25,972 nt of DNA, from the NCBI GenBank assembly GCA_964573245.1, contig CAZNJA010000016.1, forward strand, positions 1-25,972, given 5' to 3'. Below are positions 1-8,515 of this stretch, in pieces. The notes under the pieces were generated by a model. The model was given only the letters and a program-made list of their open reading frames with translations, searched no databases and was not told the origin of the DNA. The number at the start of each line of letters is the position of its first letter. The stretch's first letter is position 1. Both the position numbers and the translations under genes were made by a program. The DNA is from an uncultured bacterium (GTDB lineage Bacteria; CAIJMQ01).

Positions 1-54
1 TTGCGGTATACACGCTCTCCAAGCGCGCGCTTTCGGCCGCTCAGCCACCTCTCC
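1..54 (-). tRNA. tRNA-Ser(GGA), 5' part only (truncated by the window edge)
   Basis: Reverse complement reads GGAGAGG-TG-GCTGAGCGGCCGAAAGC-G-CGCGC-TTGGAGA-GCGTG-TATACCGCAA: a Ser-type acceptor 5' strand, D-arm, anticodon GGA and the start of a long variable arm. Confidence 0.9.
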
Positions 55-147
55 AGTTCTAGATTCTTGATGCTAGATACTAGATTCTAGTTGCTAAATT
101 TTCTTCTTGCGTTTTTACTAGTATCAAGCATCCAGTGTCAAGTATCT
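55..147. repeat. Inverted heptamer tandem-repeat array (family C)
   Basis: Left arm AGATTCT TGATGCT AGATACT AGATTCT AGTTGCT (61-95). Right arm AGTATCA AGCATCC AGTGTCA AGTATCT (120-147) carries the reverse complement of the same unit. Confidence 0.8.
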
Positions 148-152
148 TGTTT

Positions 153-1061
153 TTAATTCTTTATTTTACTGCATATCATATTAGCCAATTGCAACGCTTT
201 CAAACCGTCTTCGCCGCTTACTCGCGGCTTCTTATTATACTTCACGCAGTCAAGAAAATCTTTTAATTCTTCTTTTAATGGCTCTTTCTTTTCTATCGTA
301 ACAGAAGTTTTTTTAATGGTATTGCCTTCTCCTTTTTCAGAACTATTTATTGTTTGGTTGAAATAGTCAAGGGAAATATAATGCTTTGGCTGAAAAACCC
401 TGATTTTTCTCAAATGTTTTTCGCTTACCCGCGACGCCGTAATATTAGCAACGCAACCGGAAGTAAAATTTATTCTGGCATTGACGATATCGGCGGTTTT
501 CGATAAAACCTCCACTCCAAAAGCGTCAACAGAAGTCACGGCGGAATTGACTAGCCGCAGAATAATATCCAAATCGTGAATCATTACTTCTTTTACAACA
601 TTCGTTTCTGCGCCTCTGCTTGGATATGGGCCCACGCGATGGCATTCTATAAAAAGAGGGTCTGAAACAAGTTCATATAATTTGATAACCGCAGGGTTAT
701 ATCTTTCCACATGCCCGACTTGAAGAATAAGGTTGTTTTTTTTAGCCAACTGGATAAGTTCAAGCGCTTCCTTTTCTTCTGAAGTGATTATCTTTTCCAC
801 GAGGACATGGACGCCGTTTTTTAAGAAATCTTTTGCGAGCGGATAATGAAACTGGGTTGGAGTGGAAATACTTACGCAATCTACTTTTCCTATAAGCTGG
901 CGATAGTCGGAGTATGCCTCTGTTTTATAAAGCGAAGAGATTTTTTCTCTATTTTCTTTAGATTCGTCGCATACACCCACGACAGAAGCATCTTTGAGTT
1001 CGGAAAAAACCCGAGCATGTCGCTCGCCCATATAACCCACACCTATAACGGCAACTCGCAT
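153..1061 (-). CDS. Gfo/Idh/MocA-family NAD-dependent oxidoreductase (GnnA-like, in a lipid A cluster)
   Basis: N-terminal Rossmann motif VIGVGYMG, HVLVEK, VGHVERYNP and MIHDLD; directly downstream of lpxA-lpxI. Confidence 0.9.
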   Translation of the reverse strand: MRVAVIGVGYMGERHARVFSELKDASVVGVCDESKENREKISSLYKTEAYSDYRQLIGKVDCVSISTPTQFHYPLAKDFLKNGVHVLVEKIITSEEKEALELIQLAKKNNLILQVGHVERYNPAVIKLYELVSDPLFIECHRVGPYPSRGAETNVVKEVMIHDLDIILRLVNSAVTSVDAFGVEVLSKTADIVNARINFTSGCVANITASRVSEKHLRKIRVFQPKHYISLDYFNQTINSSEKGEGNTIKKTSVTIEKKEPLKEELKDFLDCVKYNKKPRVSGEDGLKALQLANMICSKIKN

Positions 1062-1087
1062 TTTTATCTCACTTCGTTCGGTTTAAC

Positions 1088-1145
1088 TCAGAAGACAGAC
1101 ATAAAAACTATTTTCTTTCTGTTCTCTATTACCCGTTTTCCGTTT
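1088..1145. repeat. Inverted heptamer array (CAGA/TCTG type, family C)
   Basis: TCAGAAG ACAGACA ... TCTGTTC TCTATTA CCCGTTT TCCGTTT; clearly similar to 21142-21180. Confidence 0.6.
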
Positions 1146-1153
1146 CCTTTTTA

Positions 1154-1957
1154 TTAAAGCCCTATCAAAGCAATGCCTTTGCTATTACATTTTTTGATGA
1201 GGGTTTGTTTTTCCAAAACTATGGTTTTTTCCGCTTCAAAAGCGAGGGCGGAAATGCCCGCCTTGAATGAAACATCAAGAGTGTTCAAGCCTATAACAGG
1301 CGGGTGGTCAAAACGGGCATCTTGATTTGACCTGGCGACTTTTACGACAATAGCGCCTTTCCCGGCTAGTTTACCGCCGCGCAATATGGTCTCATCCGTA
1401 CCCTCTATTGACTCTATTGCGAAAACCATTCCTTCCTTGATGACAACCGTATGACCTATATCAAGATGCGCGATATTTTTTGCAATATTCCAACCTAAAC
1501 TTATGTCTAAATTTTCTTTGGAAGTTGGTTTTCTCTTGCTTAAAATTCTTTTGCCGACAAGGTTGGATTTAAGATATTCATAGGGACTTACTAGTTCGAT
1601 GTCTTCCTTTTCGAAGATGTTAGCGATATGCCAGAGAAGAGAAAAATCGCCCTTGTCTTCCATTTTATAGAGAAGCTGTTTAACCTTGTTGTCGAAACGA
1701 GAATTATCAAGCAGAAGTTTCTTGTCAACTTTGCCCGAGAAAATGAGTTTGGTTACACCCGATTCTCTTAAAATGGTTATAAGTTTCTCAAATTCGCCAA
1801 GATGAAGCCAGTAAACCTTGTTGGTCAATTTGTTGACTTCTCTTTTGGTAATGCCCTTTAACGCCAACACCAGAAAGTGTTCGCGTCTCTTTCTTATTTT
1901 ATTTATAATCAGAGAAGGCAATTCGCCTGCCCCGGCTAATACGGCTATCCTTTCCAT
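1154..1957 (-). CDS. lpxI: UDP-2,3-diacylglucosamine pyrophosphatase LpxI
   Basis: LAGAGELP, DIGHTVV, AIESIEGTD and QDARFD motifs; 267 aa; immediately after lpxA. Confidence 0.9.
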   Translation of the reverse strand: MERIAVLAGAGELPSLIINKIRKRREHFLVLALKGITKREVNKLTNKVYWLHLGEFEKLITILRESGVTKLIFSGKVDKKLLLDNSRFDNKVKQLLYKMEDKGDFSLLWHIANIFEKEDIELVSPYEYLKSNLVGKRILSKRKPTSKENLDISLGWNIAKNIAHLDIGHTVVIKEGMVFAIESIEGTDETILRGGKLAGKGAIVVKVARSNQDARFDHPPVIGLNTLDVSFKAGISALAFEAEKTIVLEKQTLIKKCNSKGIALIGL

Positions 1958-2019
1958 TTTTCTATCAAAAGGCAGAGATAAATTGGGATAAGTTCTCTTT
2001 CCATGATGTATTTCTGTTT

Positions 2020-2856
2020 TTACTTAGTTATTCCTCTTTTTGATTCTCCTATGAATGTAATTATGCGTTGGACTTCTTCTTGACTCGGGAATCGTTCTTT
2101 CAATTTAGATAAGGCTTGGGATGTGTTGAGCCCGGCCCTGAATAAAATTTTGAAAACTTCCTTGAGTAGGTTAATTACTTCTTCGGGGAAATTGTTTCTT
2201 CTCAACCCCACGGAGTTTAGGTTGTATATTTTTAGCGGGTGTCCGTCCGCTTTTGCGTAGGGGAGAACATCCTTTACAACCTTGGAACAACCGCCGATGA
2301 TAGAAAGTGTCCCGATATTTACAAATTGATGAACCCCTACAAGTCCGCCTAAAATCGCGTTGTCTTCTATGTTTACATGCCCGCCCAGTGCGGCAGCATT
2401 TGCCATTACGACACCGTTCCCAAGTCGGCAGTTGTGTGCGACATGCGAGTAAGCCATAAGATAATTATTATCTCCCAAAACAGTTGCCTTACCCTCTTCT
2501 GTTGACCTGTTTATCATCACGTATTCTCTGATCACGTTATTATTGCCTATTTTGAGATATGTTTTTTCGCCTTTGTATTTAAAATCCTGTGGCGGAGTGC
2601 CTAAAACAACTCCTTTGGAAATATAGCAATTCTTGCCTATTGTAGTTTCTCCTTCAATAAAAACATTGGGCTCAATTTTTGTATTTTCACCGATAATTAC
2701 GTTTTTTTCAATAGTGGTATATGGTCCTATTTCCACCCCCTTGCCCAAATTCGCATTTTTATGAACTACAGATGTAGGATGAATTTTTACCCCCACCTGC
2801 TTACTCCTACGAGAAGCTGGCGGGTGTCCTTTTTGGGTCATGGATATGTCAACCAT
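2020..2856 (-). CDS. lpxA: Acyl-ACP--UDP-N-acetylglucosamine O-acyltransferase LpxA (start uncertain: 2856, 2841 or GTG at 2796)
   Basis: Hexapeptide repeats, PQDFKY, IREYVMINR, SHVAHNC, VHQF and LNSVGLRR. Confidence 0.96.
   Translation of the reverse strand: MVDISMTQKGHPPASRRSKQVGVKIHPTSVVHKNANLGKGVEIGPYTTIEKNVIIGENTKIEPNVFIEGETTIGKNCYISKGVVLGTPPQDFKYKGEKTYLKIGNNNVIREYVMINRSTEEGKATVLGDNNYLMAYSHVAHNCRLGNGVVMANAAALGGHVNIEDNAILGGLVGVHQFVNIGTLSIIGGCSKVVKDVLPYAKADGHPLKIYNLNSVGLRRNNFPEEVINLLKEVFKILFRAGLNTSQALSKLKERFPSQEEVQRIITFIGESKRGITK
2792..2824. repeat. GC-rich imperfect palindrome (family A) at the lpxA 5' end
   Basis: CCCACCTGCTTACTCCTACGAGAAGCTGGCGGG, 33 nt; arms resemble those of 22175-22213. 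Confidence 0.7.
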
Positions 2857-2922
2857 TTAATGGTTTTTCCTTTCGTGGTTAAAAAGTCGCTTATTTCGGC
2901 AAACGATGTTGAGCGTTGCTGT

Positions 2923-4260
2923 TTATTTTTTGTCAACCAAGGAAAACATAAAATCTGCTTCAGCAACTTTTGTATCTTCTACAGTAGCAGAAGCGTGAAC
3001 TTTCCCTGTTTTTTGCTTAAGTTTTTGTATTTCGACTTCTATCAGCAATTGGTCGCCGGGGACCACGGGTTTTCTAAATTTTGCATTTTCTATTACTGTA
3101 AAAAACGGCAATTTCCCCTCGCTTCCAGTTTTACTCAATAAAAGTACGCCAGCGACTTGAGCCATGGTTTCTAATGTTAGAACGGCTGGCATTATAGGAA
3201 ATTCAGGGAAATGCCCTTGGAAAAATTCTTCTCCACCTGTAACTGATTTAATGCCTACCGCCCGCTTCTTGCCAAGCGAAAGAATCCTGTCCACAAATAG
3301 GAAAGGATACCTATGCGGTAGTATCTTTTTGATATCCTTTAAATCCATTACCGCCCCCATATTTCCTCCTCTCTGCCTTGACTCGCCGTTTTCAGCAAGA
3401 CAAGTTTCAAATATTTTTTTTGCCATTTTTATGTTTAAATCATGGCCGCTCTTCATGCCTATGATATGGGTGTTTCTCAAATGCTTTCCACTTAAATAGA
3501 GGTCTCCGATTGCATCCAGCGCTTTATGACGCGCAATTTCATTGGGAAACCTCAAATCATCATTTAAAATTTTATCCTTGTCTATTACAAGTGCGTTTTC
3601 TAAGCTTCCTCCTTTTATCAAACCGTTTTCTTTTAACGCATTCACTTCTTCAAGTAAACAGAATGTCCTTGCCGGAGCAATTTGCTTTGCAAATGTTTCA
3701 CTGCCTTCAAAAGGCAGCGAACAGATGTTCCCTATTGAGTTCTCGCTTTTGCATCCCGCAAAACTTTCAGGGAATTCAAAAGTATATGTGACATTTCTTG
3801 AATGAGAAGGAAGCAAAATAAGGTAAGAATCATTTTGGGGATTTGAAACTATGAGAGGATAGTTGGGGCTAAAAGTTTGTTTTTTTCTATCGTAGAATTT
3901 TTTCTCTGCTTTTAGCAGAATGTCTGTCCAGGATCTCGCGCTCCCGTCCAAAATAGGAGGTTCACAGTTGTCTATTGCTATAAAAAGATTATCAACCCCG
4001 ACACCGGCGATTGCCGCCATCACATGCTCAATTGTGCAAACTTCGGCGCCATCTTTTTCTAAAGCAGTAGAGCGCTTTCTAGAATTTGCATAATCAACCT
4101 TTGCGGGAATTCTGGGCTTTCCCTTAAGGTCTTTTCTAATGAAAACTATCCCGCAATTTTCGGGCGCGGGTTTAAAAGTGAGGGTTGTACTTTTCCCCGT
4201 GTGAAGACCTATGCCTTTGATAGAAACTTCCTTATTGATGCTACACTGAAATTCTTCCAT
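2923..4260 (-). CDS. lpxC-fabZ: Bifunctional LpxC deacetylase / FabZ 3-hydroxyacyl-ACP dehydratase
   Basis: LpxC motifs GIGLHTG, TIEH, EPPILDGS, APARTF, HKALD..GDL and KSGH. FabZ motifs LPHRYPFL and FQGHFP..PIMP in the last ~145 aa. Confidence 0.96.
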   Translation of the reverse strand: MEEFQCSINKEVSIKGIGLHTGKSTTLTFKPAPENCGIVFIRKDLKGKPRIPAKVDYANSRKRSTALEKDGAEVCTIEHVMAAIAGVGVDNLFIAIDNCEPPILDGSARSWTDILLKAEKKFYDRKKQTFSPNYPLIVSNPQNDSYLILLPSHSRNVTYTFEFPESFAGCKSENSIGNICSLPFEGSETFAKQIAPARTFCLLEEVNALKENGLIKGGSLENALVIDKDKILNDDLRFPNEIARHKALDAIGDLYLSGKHLRNTHIIGMKSGHDLNIKMAKKIFETCLAENGESRQRGGNMGAVMDLKDIKKILPHRYPFLFVDRILSLGKKRAVGIKSVTGGEEFFQGHFPEFPIMPAVLTLETMAQVAGVLLLSKTGSEGKLPFFTVIENAKFRKPVVPGDQLLIEVEIQKLKQKTGKVHASATVEDTKVAEADFMFSLVDKK

Positions 4261-4271
4261 TGTTTTTAGTA

Positions 4272-4904
4272 CTACTCTTTGCCGTTTTTGTTTACGTAAT
4301 CTATTATTTCTTGGGTAAGGTCAAAACGCGTGTCAGAGAAGATAAGTTCGTTTTGGTCAAAAATCATAGCGTAACCTTTTTCTTTCCCGTATTCGGAAAT
4401 TTTCAATCTTAACTCTTCTATCAACTTGTCTATCGCTTGCCTTCTCTCGCTGTCTATTTTTGAGTTAAACTCTTGAATTTTCCTGGCTATTTGCTTTTTT
4501 AATTCTTCAATTTCCTTGTCTAAAACCTCTTTTTCCTTTTCAGACAGAATCCCGGAATTAAGTTTTTTTTCGAGTTCAGATATTTTATCCCTGTCCACAT
4601 TAATTTCTTCCTGCAATTCGCGCCCTTTTTCTTTTAACTTTTTGTCTTCCAGTTTCGTTTGCGAATAAGAATGATAAATTGCCAAAAAGTCCGCAAAGCC
4701 CGTTTTGTTTTCTATTCTTGCTTCGTTGCTTTGAGAAACGGATATGCTGTCAGGCTGTTTTCCGTTCGGCGGCACAGGCTCGGAAGGATTTGCTGCTTGC
4801 AGCAACGCTATGACTGTCCCCGAACACAAAACCAACGCTGAAAAAAACAACAATTTTAAAAAATCACTTCTCTTTAGAAAACAAATTTTATTTTTAATAC
4901 CCAT
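4272..4904 (-). CDS. skp: OmpH/Skp periplasmic chaperone
   Basis: Hydrophobic signal segment, long charged coiled coil, C-terminal KGYAMIFD...DLTQEII; directly follows bamA. Confidence 0.85.
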   Translation of the reverse strand: MGIKNKICFLKRSDFLKLLFFSALVLCSGTVIALLQAANPSEPVPPNGKQPDSISVSQSNEARIENKTGFADFLAIYHSYSQTKLEDKKLKEKGRELQEEINVDRDKISELEKKLNSGILSEKEKEVLDKEIEELKKQIARKIQEFNSKIDSERRQAIDKLIEELRLKISEYGKEKGYAMIFDQNELIFSDTRFDLTQEIIDYVNKNGKE

Positions 4905-4993
4905 CTTAAACTATCTCCTTTGTTTGGTGATAAATAAAAATGAATCTCTCCAATTAAAGTGCTAGTTAAAAGACAAGAACTTGTGCTCTCCGA

Positions 4994-7372
4994 TTAGAAA
5001 GAGTACCCCATCGAGAAATGCAGCCTGCCTTTATTGTCCTCTATTCCGTATCCATAATCTAAATTAACAGGGCCGATAGGAGTTTGCATTCTTAACCCAA
5101 CTCCAAATCCCGAGAAAAAACCGTTGAATTCTATTTCGTCGGGTTCTTCCCACGCGTTCCCGGTATCATAAAACAATGCGCCTCGTATGACTCTTTTCCA
5201 GATTGGAAAGGTATATTCGGCGTTGGCAACCAAAAAGGACTTGCCTCCTATAGGATTATCGTCTTCGTCTTGAGGACCAACGCTTCTTTCCGCGTACCCC
5301 CTTATAGTATCACTTCCACCAATGAAGAAGCGCTCATTTATGGGGACGTTGTCCGAATCGCCAAACTCTTTGGCAATTCCGGCCCTTAAACGGAAAGATA
5401 AAACATGCTCGAATTCTTCTTTTTTAACAATAGGCAAAAACCAGGCCCCATCTACCATGTGTTTCGTAAAATTCCTGTCTCCACCTAGGAAACCGCCCGC
5501 ATATTCCGTTGCCACGGTTCCCACGAAACCCCGAGTCGGAATCATGACATTGTCTCTGGTGTCTCTAACAAGCCCAACTGTTAAGCTGGAAGTGGCAAAT
5601 TTGCCTTCTTCGTCTTTTATGGCATCGCTGGCATTCGAAGAAACATCAGATATTTTAACATTTTCATATTTATAAATTGTGTTTAAACGGACATAGTCAG
5701 TAAGTCTTTTGCCAATTCTTACATTGCCGCCAGTATTTCTCTGGTCATAAGCTGTCCACTCGCGTGTCCTGTCGTAGATATCGAAGCCTACAGATAAAGG
5801 ATACCCCAAGAAATAGGGTTCCGTAAAACTCAATATATATTCTCCCGATAGCGCACCGAACCTTGCTCTGGCTCTAATTTTCTGCCCGCCTCCAGTAAAA
5901 TAAGGGGGGTTTCCTATATCAAAATTGTTTTGTTCAAGTTGAATAAACCCCACAAGGTCTTCAATGCTGGAATAACCCACCCCGAAAGTGAGCGAGCCTG
6001 TCTTGGCTTCTTCGACTTCAAAAACGAGGTCTCGCAACTCAGGTGTATCCGTAGGCTCAGTATACACTTTTACATCGCTAAAATATCCCAAATTGTAAAG
6101 CTTTTCTCTTGACCTTCTTATTTTATCTCCGTCAAACGCATCTCCCGGTTTAATTGTCAGTTCTCGGCGTATTACATTGTCCTTAGTTTTGGTGTTTCCC
6201 GCCATCCTTATAAGACGCACATAGGTTTTGGGGCCTTCGTTGATGCGATATATTGTTTTGACTTCTTTGTTCTCTTTATCTATGGAGGGTTCGTCCCAGA
6301 TTTGCGTAATGATATAGCCTTTTTGGGCGTAAAGCTTTCTTATAATGCCTATTTCTTCCGCAACTGCGTAAGGATTATAGGGGTTGCCTTCTTTGTTTTT
6401 GAGTTTATTAAGCAATTCTTCGTCTTCAAATAATGTGTTTCCCGAAACATTAATTTCTTTGACTGTATAAATATCTCCTTCGTCAATTTCTATGGTAATA
6501 AAGAGAAGCCTGCCTTCGTGTGTATATTCTAAATCGTAATCTTTTATCTTGGCATCCAAATAGCCAAAGGATTGGCAAATTGTAACTATCTTTTTAAGGT
6601 CTCTTTCAAATTCCTCCTTGCCAAAAATACCTCTTCTGAAAAATTGGGCTGTTTTGGTTTCCATTTGAGCCCGTATCTGCCTCTCAGGGACGTGCTTATT
6701 TCCCAATATCTTTATTTCTTTTACCCGTGTCCGCGGCCCTTCTATGATATCAAGCACAATTGATACTACTTTTTCCTCTTCCCTTATTTTTACCTCAGGA
6801 GTAATTTGAGTTCTATAGTACCCTTTTTTTTCATATAATTCGTCTATCCTTTTAATGTCTTCCGCCAAATCCTTCTCCAAGTAAATGTCACCAGCCGAAA
6901 CGGTCATAACGCGGTCTATTTCTTCTTCCTTTATCGCGCGGCTGCCTTTAATCTCAATTGCCTCCACATAAGGTTTTTCTTCAACTACATAAGTAATCTT
7001 GACGCCTGCCTCAAAGGGAATCGATTCAACCGATATATTCGAAAAATAGCCGAGTGCATAAATGTTTTTTATATCCTGAGATATAGTTTTCTGCGAAAGG
7101 GCCTCCCCTTCTTTCGTCTTTATTCTTGAAAGGACTATCATCGTAGAAACTCTTTTGTTTCCTGAAACTTCTATTTTTTTGACTACCGAAGTAACTTCTT
7201 TTTGATCGTTTTCTGATTCCGCCACATTTGTCTGGTTTGAGTAAATCGGGGAAGCAGTTGATTCTTCGGCTAATATAGAACAAGAAGAAAAAACGGTTAT
7301 CAGCAATAGCATTGCAAAACTAATGGTTATAAAACTGCATGATAGTAACCTTTTGATATTTTTAATTCTCAT
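4994..7372 (-). CDS. bamA: Outer membrane protein assembly factor BamA (likely start ATG 7372, not the ORF start 7468)
   Basis: POTRA repeats (I.V.GN motifs, TKDNVIRRE), the loop-6 motif IRGY and a C-terminal aromatic signature (FSMGYSF); signal peptide follows MRIKNIKR. Confidence 0.96.
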   Translation of the reverse strand: MRIKNIKRLLSCSFITISFAMLLLITVFSSCSILAEESTASPIYSNQTNVAESENDQKEVTSVVKKIEVSGNKRVSTMIVLSRIKTKEGEALSQKTISQDIKNIYALGYFSNISVESIPFEAGVKITYVVEEKPYVEAIEIKGSRAIKEEEIDRVMTVSAGDIYLEKDLAEDIKRIDELYEKKGYYRTQITPEVKIREEEKVVSIVLDIIEGPRTRVKEIKILGNKHVPERQIRAQMETKTAQFFRRGIFGKEEFERDLKKIVTICQSFGYLDAKIKDYDLEYTHEGRLLFITIEIDEGDIYTVKEINVSGNTLFEDEELLNKLKNKEGNPYNPYAVAEEIGIIRKLYAQKGYIITQIWDEPSIDKENKEVKTIYRINEGPKTYVRLIRMAGNTKTKDNVIRRELTIKPGDAFDGDKIRRSREKLYNLGYFSDVKVYTEPTDTPELRDLVFEVEEAKTGSLTFGVGYSSIEDLVGFIQLEQNNFDIGNPPYFTGGGQKIRARARFGALSGEYILSFTEPYFLGYPLSVGFDIYDRTREWTAYDQRNTGGNVRIGKRLTDYVRLNTIYKYENVKISDVSSNASDAIKDEEGKFATSSLTVGLVRDTRDNVMIPTRGFVGTVATEYAGGFLGGDRNFTKHMVDGAWFLPIVKKEEFEHVLSFRLRAGIAKEFGDSDNVPINERFFIGGSDTIRGYAERSVGPQDEDDNPIGGKSFLVANAEYTFPIWKRVIRGALFYDTGNAWEEPDEIEFNGFFSGFGVGLRMQTPIGPVNLDYGYGIEDNKGRLHFSMGYSF

Positions 7373-8315
7373 TTGAAATTTTATCCTTATTAGTGTTTCC
7401 CAACTGCTCCGGTTTAGGAGGAGCGGAAGGGGGTGTTTTACGTTTAGTATCATTTGTAGCCAAAGCATCTAAGGGTTTAACATAAAATAACTTGAAAATT
7501 TTTAACAAAACTTGTTTCAAGTTCTTTCTGTGAACAACCATATCTATCATCCCATGTTCCAGCAAAAATTCTGCCTTTTGAAACTTGTCGGGCAATTTTT
7601 GTCTAACGGTTTGTTCGATTACTCTTGGGCCCGCAAAACCAATTAACGCGCCTGGTTCTGCGATAATTATGTCTGCCAAAAAAGCGAAAGAAGCAGAAAC
7701 CCCTCCTGTGGTAGGGTCGGTCAAAATAGAAACATAAGGCAACTTCTTTTTATTGTAAAGATTAAGCGCAGCAGAGGTTTTTACCATTTGCATGAGAGAT
7801 AAAATTCCTTCCTGCATCCTCGCACCGCCAGACGCAGAAACAATCACCAGGGGAAGTTCTTTTTCCGCCCCTCTTTCTATTAAACGGCATACTTTTTCCC
7901 CGACTACCGAAGCCATACTCCCGCCCAAAAACGAAAAGTTAAAAAAACCCACAGCGATGTTGTGATCCCCGATTTTTCCTTCTCCTGTGATAACGGCTTC
8001 TTTTAGCCCTGTTTTTTCCTGCGCTTCTTTGACTCGGTCGCTGTATTTTTGCTTGTCCTCAAACTTCAAAGGGTCAACCGGTTCCAAGGTTGAATCTGTT
8101 TCCTCAAAAGTGTTTTCTTGCAGTAACTGAGACAATCTCTCTTGCGCAGACAAGCGGAAATGGTAACCACATTTAGGGCATACCTTAAGATTCTTTAGTA
8201 ATTGTTCCGTATAAAGAATTCTTGAACACGCCGGGCATTTTGACCAAATACCTTCCGGGATACCTTTTCTCTTTTTAGGTTTTAATATATATTCTACGCT
8301 TCTTTTCCAGGCCAT
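7362..8315 (-). CDS. accD: Acetyl-CoA carboxylase carboxyltransferase beta subunit
   Basis: Zinc finger CPAC...CPKC, GGSM, SGGARMQEG..SLMQM, DPTTGGV and IGFAGPRVI; SD GAGGAG upstream. Confidence 0.97.
   Translation of the reverse strand: MAWKRSVEYILKPKKRKGIPEGIWSKCPACSRILYTEQLLKNLKVCPKCGYHFRLSAQERLSQLLQENTFEETDSTLEPVDPLKFEDKQKYSDRVKEAQEKTGLKEAVITGEGKIGDHNIAVGFFNFSFLGGSMASVVGEKVCRLIERGAEKELPLVIVSASGGARMQEGILSLMQMVKTSAALNLYNKKKLPYVSILTDPTTGGVSASFAFLADIIIAEPGALIGFAGPRVIEQTVRQKLPDKFQKAEFLLEHGMIDMVVHRKNLKQVLLKIFKLFYVKPLDALATNDTKRKTPPSAPPKPEQLGNTNKDKISNEN
7399..7431. repeat. Palindrome (family A-like) in the accD 3' extension
   Basis: CCCAACTGCTCC-GGTTTAGGA-GGAGCGGAAGGG; the CTGCTCC/GGAGCGG core is shared with 11073-11113. 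Confidence 0.55.
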
Positions 8316-8388
8316 TTTCTCCTCGTTCCGTCGCCAAAGCTTTCAAGCATCGGTGACACTTACACTCGGGAGTAACGAGTATAGCAAA

Positions 8389-8421
8389 CCCGTTAGAAAT
8401 TAGAAAAAAGTTCTTTACGGG
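8389..8421. repeat. REP-like hairpin CCCGTTAGAAAT...TTCTTTACGGG in the accD leader
   Basis: Imperfect inverted repeat with CCCG/CGGG feet; resembles the family B arm CCC(T/G)AGAAAT. Confidence 0.5.
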
Positions 8422-8481
8422 ACAAATAGAGAGTAAAAATATTCTTACAAAGCCCTCTTCTTTTTTATTGCTTAATGAGGC

Positions 8482-8511
8482 AGTTTACTAAAGGATAAAA
8501 GCCATTGTCAA
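8482..8511 (-). promoter_or_regulatory. Putative sigma70 promoter of the accD-bamA-lpx operon
   Basis: TTGACA (8511-8506), 18 nt spacer, TAAACT (8487-8482). Confidence 0.6.
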
Positions 8512-8515
8512 ATAC

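Noticed and set aside
4955-4992. CIRCE-like half sites between bamA and skp
   Set aside because: The partial matches are in the wrong order and spacing for TTAGCACTC-N9-GAGTGCTAA.
7373-7468. Longer BamA start overlapping accD
   Set aside because: The signal peptide begins at MRIKNIKR (7372); the upstream part is accD tail and repeat sequence.
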